Positions 56,416 through 64,000 of a stretch of DNA of 64,000 nucleotides are shown here, piece after piece (positions within the stretch are counted from its first letter, which is position 1; the number at the start of each line of letters is the position of its first letter). The translations under genes were made by a program, and so were the position numbers. A model generated the notes under the pieces. It had not been told where the DNA came from and made no database searches. It saw only the letters and a program-made list of their open reading frames with translations. This DNA is from Candidatus Woesearchaeota archaeon (GTDB lineage Archaea > Nanobdellota > Nanobdellia > SCGC-AAA011-G17 > GW2011-AR18), in the NCBI GenBank assembly GCA_018302765.1, contig JAGVZG010000004.1, positions 1 to 64,000 of the forward strand, given 5' to 3'.

Positions 56416-56982
56416 ATGAAAAGAAAGAGCATTATTATTGCAATAAGCTTTTTTTTGGCTATATTGTTCCTATCTACTATTGGCAGCATTTATACAGGTT
56501 ATGCTACTTTAGATCAAAGTAGATTGACATTAAAATACTATCCTTATCCATTTGTAAAAAATAATGTTCCAAATGATGTTTACGTTGTTATCCCTTATGA
56601 TTATAGATACAATGAGTTTAAAGTAGCGGTGGATATAGCAGAATCACTTAAAGGAAATAATCTTGTTGCTCCTTCAATAGTTACAGACAAAGAAGTTCCT
56701 GAAGGAAATCATAATTTTATTTTGATAGGAAATCCCTGCAACAACAACTTAATTGCAAATGAATTAGCAACATTAGATTGCAGTCTTGATTTGAAAAAAG
56801 GCCAGGCCTTAATTACAATACTTAATCATCAGAGAACTAGTACAATTGTACTTTCTAGTTATAATAGTGAAGACTTAGAAAAGGCTGCAATAGTTTTAAC
56901 AAACTATAAATTTTATCCTTTTATGAAAAACAAGATCGTTGTTAGCGGAGATGTAGGAAATTTAGTCCTTGATTATTATTAA
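56416..56982 (+). CDS. S-layer C-terminal-domain-like surface protein
   Basis: TM helix then TGY; ILIGNPCNN..AN motif typical of archaeal S-layer C-terminal domains. Confidence 0.6.
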   Translation: MKRKSIIIAISFFLAILFLSTIGSIYTGYATLDQSRLTLKYYPYPFVKNNVPNDVYVVIPYDYRYNEFKVAVDIAESLKGNNLVAPSIVTDKEVPEGNHNFILIGNPCNNNLIANELATLDCSLDLKKGQALITILNHQRTSTIVLSSYNSEDLEKAAIVLTNYKFYPFMKNKIVVSGDVGNLVLDYY

Positions 56983-57769
56983 ATTTTATTTATTGATTTT
57001 ATTAGATTTCTTATAAATTTAGATCTTAACTTCTCTTTTATGTCTGGAATAGATAAATAAGGGCAAAAATCTTCTATTTCCATTAGTAATAATTTATTAT
57101 CTTTAGTTCTGCAAGCATCAATTCTTTGTATTCCATACTTTAATTTATTCCATTTTATAAAATTTTCAGCAAATTCTCTGTCCTGTTTTTTTACTTTATG
57201 ATGCCTTAAATCCCACCTATTTTTCTTATCTTTTTCATATAGTTCATATTGAAATTTACCATCTATGAAATAAAAAGAAGTTTCGTATTTAAAATTAATA
57301 TAAGGTTGTATAATATAATTCTGCAATTTTGTTTTTAATAGCTGCTTTTTACTTAATTTTTTTACCCCTATTGAACCACCACCGTATATTGGTTTTATTA
57401 TGTAATATTTAGTTTCTGGAATTTTACATAAATCTTTTATTTTATCTACTGAAGGAATAACTCGAAAACCTTTCTTGTATAAATCTAATAAATAATATTT
57501 ACCTTTCATATCTGCTAAACCTGAAGGATGATTGTAAATTTTTTTATTTTTTCTTTTAAAACGAGACAATATTTTATTCCATTTTTTTAAGTATTTTTCT
57601 AATGGCCATATATTTCTTACTAAAACAATATCTGCATTATCTTCAAACTTTTTACATTCCAGTGGGTGAGATATCATAACTCCAAAATATTTGCTTAAAT
57701 AATTACTAATGATATATCTTCATCTGCTTGATCTTCAAAAGTGTTACTTAGAAGCAATATATTTCTCAT
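56979..57769 (-). pseudogene. ATP-grasp (RimK/glutathione synthase-like) protein with a probable N-terminal frameshift; intact portion 56979-57677
   Basis: IKPIYGGGS, IIQPY, RIDAC, LMEIE; upstream MRNILLLSNTFEDQADEDI (ATG 57769) is out of frame with ISNYLSKYFGVMISHP. Confidence 0.65.
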
Positions 57770-57799
57770 AGAATTTTTTAAATCTCTTAATTTAAAAAT

Positions 57800-58948
57800 T
57801 TATTGTATTACAACTAACTTAATTTTTTTATCTTCTATTCTACTTTCAATCAATTCTGATCTTATCTCTTTATACAATTTAGTCATTTTTACACTTCTTT
57901 GTTTTATTATTTGTGTTGGAAGCTGCTTCAATTTACTTGCTAAAGTTCTTGGCCTAGAGGCAAACTTGCTTATATTTATTACTTCAAATTCTAATCTTTT
58001 AACTAGGTCAATTGTTTGCTGAAAGTCTTCTTCTGTTTCTGTTGGATATCCTACAATTATATCAGTACTTATTGTAATTCCTGGAATATTTTCCCTAAAT
58101 TTTTTTACTATTTCAATAAATTCTTCTATTTTATAATTTCTTTTCATTTCTTTTAATATTTTATTTGAACCAGACTGAACTGGAAAATGAACAAACTTCA
58201 TAATTTTTGGTGATTTATAAACCTCAATTAGTTCATCAACATATTTTCTGACATGTTCCGGATTTCCCATCCCAACTCTTACTTGAAATTCTCCTTTAAT
58301 TTCATCAATTTCTTTGAGTAAATCAACTATACTATAACCTAAATCAAAACCATAACAAGCATTATCTGTGCTGGTTAGATTTATTCTCTTGTATCCTAAT
58401 TTTAAATATTTCTTAACTTCTTCAATAATTTTTTCTTTAGGATATGAAATCAAATTACCTTTAGCAAATTTTGTTGCGCAAAAACTGCAAAAAGACCTAC
58501 AACCTTCAGCAAGCTGAACGGATGCTATTTTTGTATCTTGATTTAATTTAGGAAGGCCTAATTTTATTTCCTTTCTTTTATTTGTTAATATAACCTGTTC
58601 ATTAGCTAAAACCTTGTTTATTGCTTCTGGTATTTCTGTTATGTTTTGTGTACTTACTAAAGCAATGCCTTCTTTCATGTAGTTTTTTAATTTGTCTTTT
58701 TCAGCAACAGGCATGCAACCAGTTATTACTAACTTTTTGTCTTTATAGTTATCTTTTATATATTCAATTTGGCTGAATATCTTATTTACTGTGACATTTT
58801 TTACAGCGCATGAATTTATTACTACTACATCAGATTCTTCTACATCATTAACAATAGAATGCCCTGATTCTACAAGCAAACCTGCAATAATTGCTCCATT
58901 GTCATAGTTTGCAGTACAACCGTAATTATCTAGGTAAATTGTTGCCAT
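57800..58948 (-). CDS. MiaB-like radical SAM tRNA methylthiotransferase (e-MtaB type), no TRAM domain
   Basis: YGCTAN, NSCAVK, VITGC (UPF0004 cluster); EGCRSFCSFC (radical SAM); PVQSGS, TDIIVGYPTE. Confidence 0.88.
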   Translation of the reverse strand: MATIYLDNYGCTANYDNGAIIAGLLVESGHSIVNDVEESDVVVINSCAVKNVTVNKIFSQIEYIKDNYKDKKLVITGCMPVAEKDKLKNYMKEGIALVSTQNITEIPEAINKVLANEQVILTNKRKEIKLGLPKLNQDTKIASVQLAEGCRSFCSFCATKFAKGNLISYPKEKIIEEVKKYLKLGYKRINLTSTDNACYGFDLGYSIVDLLKEIDEIKGEFQVRVGMGNPEHVRKYVDELIEVYKSPKIMKFVHFPVQSGSNKILKEMKRNYKIEEFIEIVKKFRENIPGITISTDIIVGYPTETEEDFQQTIDLVKRLEFEVINISKFASRPRTLASKLKQLPTQIIKQRSVKMTKLYKEIRSELIESRIEDKKIKLVVIQ

Positions 58949-59052
58949 TGTTGTAAAATAATAGACAGATATTTAAAATTTCTGTTATGTTTGTTTCAAA
59001 TGGATATTAAACTATATAAAAATTTAAATAAAACAATTTGCTTTACTAAATT

Positions 59053-59547
59053 ATGGCAGAAGAAATAGAAGTTCGAGGAACTTACAAAGAAATAGCTGGT
59101 CGTATTAATGGTCTTAATCCAACATATAATCATTTAGAAGTAACTTTAATAGATCTAGAACAAAGTAGAATAATTGAAGAAAGTGAATCTGGATTTATCT
59201 ATTCAGAAGTTACTGAAAACTATGAACGTTTTAGTACTGGTTTTGATCAAAATCTAAAACCATTTCCACATACAAAAGTTACTGTTTGTGGGAGTGGTGC
59301 TTACCCTATTGGCAAACCATGGAGACCTCTTACTATTAAAATTTATGTGGATGGACATTCTCACATGAATGACTCAAGAAGAAAGGATTGGCCAAAATAT
59401 TTTGATGAAATAAAAAATAGAATAGCTGATCTAGTTAGTATTGGTTATGTAATAAAAATTTTTGAAGCTCTTAGAAATCAAAAAGATGACTTTCCAGGAG
59501 ATGTTGATGCAGATGAAATTTTAAAAGGCTATGCCAATGAAAAATAA
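59053..59547 (+). CDS. hypothetical protein
   Basis: 164-aa ORF. Confidence 0.65.
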   Translation: MAEEIEVRGTYKEIAGRINGLNPTYNHLEVTLIDLEQSRIIEESESGFIYSEVTENYERFSTGFDQNLKPFPHTKVTVCGSGAYPIGKPWRPLTIKIYVDGHSHMNDSRRKDWPKYFDEIKNRIADLVSIGYVIKIFEALRNQKDDFPGDVDADEILKGYANEK

Positions 59548-59548
59548 T

Positions 59549-60631
59549 TTACAGTTTTCTTTGAACTTTTTTTAACCAGCCTTCAGGCGCTTTTTCTTCT
59601 CCTATCTGAATTGCTGTAAATAAATTATACATTTTTCTTGTTATTGGACCAGCTTCTCCATTGCCAACAATTAATTCTTTGCCATCATCAAAAACATAAG
59701 TTCCTACTGGTGAAACAACTGCTGCAGTTCCTAAACCGCCTGCCTCTGTTACAAAACCATTATTTATTCCTTTGATAAATTCATCTAAGTAAATTGTTTC
59801 TTGTTTAACTTTGCATCCAAGTCTAGAAGCTAATTCTATTATTGATGTGGATGTTACAGATTTTAAAATTGTATCTGTAAACTTAGGGATTATTATTTCA
59901 CGGTCTTTTGTAACATGAAAGTGATTCATTGCACCTGCTTCTTCTATAGTCTTGTTATTAACATCTGTATATAGAACTTGTTTAGCACCAAATGAAGCTG
60001 CTTTAACTGCTGCTCTTAGACTAGCAGCATAATTGCCTCCTGTTTTTGCATTTCCAATACCACCTGGAGCTGCTCTGTGAAACTGTTTTGTTATCAATAA
60101 TTTAATTGGATGAAAACCTTGAGGATAATAAGAACCACTTGGCGAAATTATAACACAATAAGTATAAGTGTTGCTTGGCTTAACACCCAAGCAGTCTTGC
60201 GTGCCGAACATAAATGGCCTAATATAAAATGAAGCATCTTTAACTTCTGGAAATAAATTTCTATCAATATCTACTAATGAATGTATTGCCTGTATTTGAT
60301 CTTCTATTGAAATTTTTGGCATACATAGTGCTTCTGCTGAATTATTAAAACGTTCAGCATGCTTATCTATTCTAAATGTATAAATTTCTCTATCTTTATG
60401 CTTGAATGCTTTTAAACCTTCGAAGATATTCTGGCCATAATGCAGACTTACAGCTCCTGGGAATAAATTTAGTTCTTGATATGGTATTATTCTTGCAGAA
60501 TGCCATTTTCCATCAGAATAGTCCATCAAGAACATATGATCTGTTCTTAATAATCCAAATCCCAAAGATTTATCAGAAACAAACTGCTCTTTTTTTCTTT
60601 GCGGTTTTAGTTCATATTTTATTTCCAGCAT
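59549..60631 (-). CDS. ilvE: branched-chain amino acid aminotransferase
   Basis: LHYGQNIFEGLKAF, YIRPF, AKTGGNYAAS (PLP Lys), EEAGAMN, GTAAVVSPV. Confidence 0.95.
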   Translation of the reverse strand: MLEIKYELKPQRKKEQFVSDKSLGFGLLRTDHMFLMDYSDGKWHSARIIPYQELNLFPGAVSLHYGQNIFEGLKAFKHKDREIYTFRIDKHAERFNNSAEALCMPKISIEDQIQAIHSLVDIDRNLFPEVKDASFYIRPFMFGTQDCLGVKPSNTYTYCVIISPSGSYYPQGFHPIKLLITKQFHRAAPGGIGNAKTGGNYAASLRAAVKAASFGAKQVLYTDVNNKTIEEAGAMNHFHVTKDREIIIPKFTDTILKSVTSTSIIELASRLGCKVKQETIYLDEFIKGINNGFVTEAGGLGTAAVVSPVGTYVFDDGKELIVGNGEAGPITRKMYNLFTAIQIGEEKAPEGWLKKVQRKL

Positions 60632-60680
60632 TAAAAATCCATGAGCTTTAATAATATAAAAATTTTCTGAATCTGAAATC

Positions 60681-60792
60681 TGCCCCGCGCGAGATTTGAA
60701 CTCGCGTCAGAGCCTTTCTCCTTTTGCTTAAGCTTTTTCTAAAGGCTTATTTCGAGAGGGCTCTATCCTTGACCGGGCTAGACGAGCGGGGC
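60681..60792 (-). tRNA. tRNA-Glu(CUC) with canonical 37/38 intron (60716-60752)
   Basis: Acceptor GCCCCGC/GCGGGGC, D-loop AGCCCGGTCAA, anticodon stem GAGCC/GGCTC, anticodon CTC at 60754-60756, BHB helix CTCT/GGAG; TATA TTTATAAA at 60817-60824. Confidence 0.92.
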
Positions 60793-60913
60793 TTAATAAA
60801 AAACAACTAGAATCTTTTTATAAAACTTCCTACATTTTTTATTCTTATTCTGTTATTATGGTAAATTATAGTAGTGGCAAAGATTTATATTTTGGATTTA
60901 ATTAAAATTTACT

Positions 60914-61474
60914 ATGAAAATTCTTGGAAAGAGAGTAATAGATAAGGATTTCAAAGAAATATTTACTTCTGAATTTTTTTCTGTAACTGGTGGATTGCTA
61001 GCAGGTATTTTTTTATTAGTCTTAGTTAATAAGCTTGAATTAATACCTGGCTTGTTTATATTATTGCCCGGATTTTTAGAGATGCATGGAAATATTTTTG
61101 GAAGCTTAGCTGCAAGGCTTGGTGCTTTATTACATACAAAACATATAAAACCTAAATTTGAACATAATAAAATATTGTATATAAATATATTTTCTTCCAT
61201 ATTATTATTGATAATTGTATCTTTATTTTTGGGAGTATTTTCTTATATTCTAAATAAAGTTTTGTTTGGAAATGATAATCCAATTCTTATCCTAATTGCA
61301 ATAATTGCTGCTTTTATAGCTTTGGTGATAGAATTACCTCTAACTATATTTACAACTTTTTGGTTTTTTAAAAATGGATATGATCCTGATGACATCATGG
61401 GGCCGTATATTACTACTATAGGAGATATAGTTAGTATATTTTCATTGTTGATTGTTATGCTGGTGGTGATATAA
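60914..61474 (+). CDS. MgtE integral-membrane-domain protein (divalent cation transporter, half 1)
   Basis: GNIFGSLAARL, DPDDIMGPYITTIGD. Confidence 0.88.
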   Translation: MKILGKRVIDKDFKEIFTSEFFSVTGGLLAGIFLLVLVNKLELIPGLFILLPGFLEMHGNIFGSLAARLGALLHTKHIKPKFEHNKILYINIFSSILLLIIVSLFLGVFSYILNKVLFGNDNPILILIAIIAAFIALVIELPLTIFTTFWFFKNGYDPDDIMGPYITTIGDIVSIFSLLIVMLVVI

Positions 61475-62026
61475 ATGTTCAGCATAAAAGAAATTTTCAA
61501 GGATTCAATTGGAGTTTTGTTGTTTGCTTCTGCACTTAGTTTAATTGCTGGCTTGTTTCTAAGAAATGTTGAAAATGACCTAATCATTGTTCTTCCTTTA
61601 ATCATTGTACTTCCAGCATTAAATGATATGATTGGAGATTTTGGAATTATAGTAACTTCAAGATTTACTACTGCTTTATATGAAAAGAAAGTAAACAACA
61701 TACACTCACATATAGTAAAACACCTATTTGGTGAAGTCATGCCTGTGGCTATATTTTGTGCGGCTTATATTTCTGTAGTGGCAATATTAATTGCACATTT
61801 TAGAGGTTTCAGTTTTGATAGTTCAATTTTAATAAAAATAATATTAATAACATTAATTACTACAATTAGCTTGGTCTTGTTTGTATTTTTAGTTTCTATA
61901 GTTGGTGGTCTTTATGTTTACAAAAAGAAAATGGATCCTGATGACGTGCTTATACCAATAACAACATCTATTGCAGATTTACTAAGCATAGGAGTATTTT
62001 CTTTGCTTGTTAGTATTTTATTTTAA
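61475..62026 (+). CDS. MgtE integral-membrane-domain protein (divalent cation transporter, half 2)
   Basis: GDFGIIVTSRFTT, DPDDVLIPITTSIAD. Confidence 0.85.
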   Translation: MFSIKEIFKDSIGVLLFASALSLIAGLFLRNVENDLIIVLPLIIVLPALNDMIGDFGIIVTSRFTTALYEKKVNNIHSHIVKHLFGEVMPVAIFCAAYISVVAILIAHFRGFSFDSSILIKIILITLITTISLVLFVFLVSIVGGLYVYKKKMDPDDVLIPITTSIADLLSIGVFSLLVSILF

Positions 62027-62625
62027 ACCATTCTTAAGTAATTATTAGCTGGCGCTAATTCACCTTCAAATGAATGTATATCATCTAAGTCAGCAAGAAA
62101 CTCAAAATCATTTAAAGCTTTTGCAACTTCTTCAGGCGTTGCATACTTATCTTTTGAACCTACAAAAGACCAGTCATATAATTCTGCTTTAATTAATCTT
62201 GTCTGTGTAATTATGTCTAATGTGTTGCTTGTGTCATAAAAAACATAAGGATATTTAGAATTTCTTTTTATTCTTAAACTTTTTATTGTTCTAGGAATTA
62301 GTATTGATGGTGTTCTGCATAATTCTGGACTTTTAATTTTTCCAGCTTTTATTTTGTGTGCAAGACTGTTTTCTCCAAAAGACCTGTCATCAATAATTAT
62401 TAATCTGGCACTATTGCATAACTCTTCAAGTTTGCTAATATTTTCTGTAGTAGGATCAAAGAAATCTAAAAATAATCCAGTAGTTCTAGCCATAGATTCA
62501 AAATAATTTAAGGGACGATTATAGTAGTTATTATTTTCTTTTCCAACTACAATTAGATAATTAAAATAATCAGTATTTAATTTATTTGCATATATTAATT
62601 TTAGTGTGGAACTTGTTGCGTTCAT
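62023..62625 (-). CDS. hypothetical protein
   Basis: 200-aa ORF. Confidence 0.6.
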   Translation of the reverse strand: MNATSSTLKLIYANKLNTDYFNYLIVVGKENNNYYNRPLNYFESMARTTGLFLDFFDPTTENISKLEELCNSARLIIIDDRSFGENSLAHKIKAGKIKSPELCRTPSILIPRTIKSLRIKRNSKYPYVFYDTSNTLDIITQTRLIKAELYDWSFVGSKDKYATPEEVAKALNDFEFLADLDDIHSFEGELAPANNYLRMV

Positions 62626-62638
62626 TTTATTTTTATAG

Positions 62639-62743
62639 CGGGCCCGACGGGATTCGAACCCGCGGCCATCTGATTAAGAGTCAGATGCTTTCGGCAATTT
62701 TGAATTTTATTCTGAAATTACTACCAAGCTGAGCTACGGGCCC
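62639..62743 (-). tRNA. tRNA-Lys(CUU) with non-canonical D-arm intron (22/23 at 62690-62720)
   Basis: Acceptor GGGCCCG/CGGGCCC, uninterrupted anticodon arm TCTGA-CT-CTT-AA-TCAGA; removing 31 nt restores the GCTC/GAGC D-stem; TATA TTTATAAC at 62767-62774. Confidence 0.92.
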
Positions 62744-62779
62744 ACATAAGCTTGAACATAAAATTAGTTATAAAGTTTT

Positions 62780-63346
62780 CTAAATTCTTTTTATTTGTAC
62801 AACCCCTCTAGAACTGACAGTGTATTTTCTGGGACTGTAACCAATTTCTATTCCTATGGCTAATGGTTCACCCAACATTTTTTCAGTTGTCATACCAGCA
62901 ATTATATTATAGAAAGGATTCACATAAATATCTTTAGCAAATATTTTCTTAGCTTTTTCAGATAAACTTAAAGCCTTTTCTTCATTTCTTCCGTCTAATT
63001 TTACTAGAAATTCACTTTCGTCATCATCTAATAAAAATAATAAAGCCCTTCGTTTAATTCCCCCAGGTATCTCATAATTTATTTCAGACTTTGGAATTTT
63101 AAATCTTTCATTACTTTTTAATTTCAATTCAAAATAATTTTCATATTCCCAAGGTCCTTGGTATACATTAATTCTTTTCCCTCTTAATTTTGCATAATCA
63201 AATATAGCAATTAATGCAGAATCTCGTCTCATTTCTACAAGATCTCTGCTTGAGTATCTTTCAGTTCTTATACCTATCTTATTCTCAAGATCGATTTTTT
63301 TACCATCTATGCTTACACAATGCGGAGCTACTTTTATTAAATGCAT
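62780..63346 (-). CDS. hypothetical protein
   Basis: About 188-aa ORF; track uses TTG at 63367. Confidence 0.6.
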   Translation of the reverse strand: MHLIKVAPHCVSIDGKKIDLENKIGIRTERYSSRDLVEMRRDSALIAIFDYAKLRGKRINVYQGPWEYENYFELKLKSNERFKIPKSEINYEIPGGIKRRALLFLLDDDESEFLVKLDGRNEEKALSLSEKAKKIFAKDIYVNPFYNIIAGMTTEKMLGEPLAIGIEIGYSPRKYTVSSRGVVQIKRI

Positions 63347-63410
63347 AATAAAAATATTAAAAAACACACTATTTAATATTTCTCATTAATTGTCTTATAT
63401 TATAAAAAAT

Positions 63411-64000
63411 CTATATTCCCCAACCAGGATTATTCTTTCTTTTTAACTCTGCTATTTCTTTTAGAATATTTACATCTTCATCTGTAATTAATTTCTTCAT
63501 TTTTTTATAAATTCTAAATTGTTCTTCTGTAAGATCTGAATACAAAATATCACCCTCTTTTACCTGCCTCCCAATTGTAATTCCTGGCATAGATATTGCT
63601 AATTGTTCTCCTCTTTTAGCCTCTGTTAATTTTTTGCCTTCATGCTGAAGTTCTTTAACTTCTGTTATTGATTTGTCATCTTTCATTAGATTTATTCCAT
63701 TTTTTAATACGCCAGATAGGACTTCTATCCCACAAACTGCAGGACTTGACTGCCTAAATATATAACCTTCAAGAATTTTTATTTTGCACGGCTTTGGGAC
63801 ATTTCCCATTAGTTTTTCCTCAATGGCCTTCTTTTCAGAATTGTACCACTCATCAAATTTATCAATTAAAGAATAAATTATATTATCTGTTATTGTCTTA
63901 ACCTCATTTGTTTCAGAAGCTCTTACATTAAATCCCAATATAATTTTATTTAACTGATCTAAGGATGAAAGTGCTTCAGCTATATCTTTTTTATTTATGT
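63411..64000 (-). CDS. infB: translation initiation factor aIF5B/IF-2, C-terminal part (runs off window)
   Basis: LGFNV, FRQSSPAVCGIEVLSG, GRQVKEGDILY; the frame stays open to the window edge. Confidence 0.92.
   Translation of the reverse strand, partial: INKKDIAEALSSLDQLNKIILGFNVRASETNEVKTITDNIIYSLIDKFDEWYNSEKKAIEEKLMGNVPKPCKIKILEGYIFRQSSPAVCGIEVLSGVLKNGINLMKDDKSITEVKELQHEGKKLTEAKRGEQLAISMPGITIGRQVKEGDILYSDLTEEQFRIYKKMKKLITDEDVNILKEIAELKRKNNPGWGI

Noticed and set aside
60914-62026. Split MgtE as a broken gene
   Set aside because: Each half has its own start, stop and DPDD motif, and paired membrane-only MgtE genes are a known archaeal arrangement
1-64000. CRISPR array, rRNA, IS/transposase or integrase
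   Set aside because: No regularly spaced repeats, rRNA-like GC-rich tract, DDE or tyrosine-recombinase motifs, or att duplications were seen

Overview
AT-rich archaeal chromosomal segment. The gene set points to a DPANN lineage, most likely Woesearchaeota/Pacearchaeota (inference from archaeal uL1-P0-P1, GatD/GatE, archaeal LeuRS, deoxyhypusine synthase, NreA, aIF5B, FtsZ2-like protein, class III pilins, an archaeosortase and TATA-box promoters). No CRISPR array, rRNA or recognisable IS element was seen. Main observations: (1) a CcdA-linked operon of membrane-anchored Cys/His proteins (3.7-8.1 kb), in which two adjacent, otherwise unrelated proteins both end in LPxMVGGC-stop with all six shared degenerate codons different; (2) a GH23/SLT lytic transglycosylase at the end of a coupled DedA-PAP2 run, next to an archaeosortase and an S-layer-like gene; (3) four tRNA genes with seven BHB-type introns, including a three-intron tRNA-Arg(UCU) whose D-loop and T-loop introns are 25/31 identical; (4) four pilin genes, two sharing an exact 33-bp block; (5) at least six ORFs broken by frameshifts or a stop codon; (6) altered housekeeping proteins (P0 tail, GatE without its insertion domain, MtaB-like enzyme without TRAM). 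All calls were made by eye from motifs. No database searches were run.
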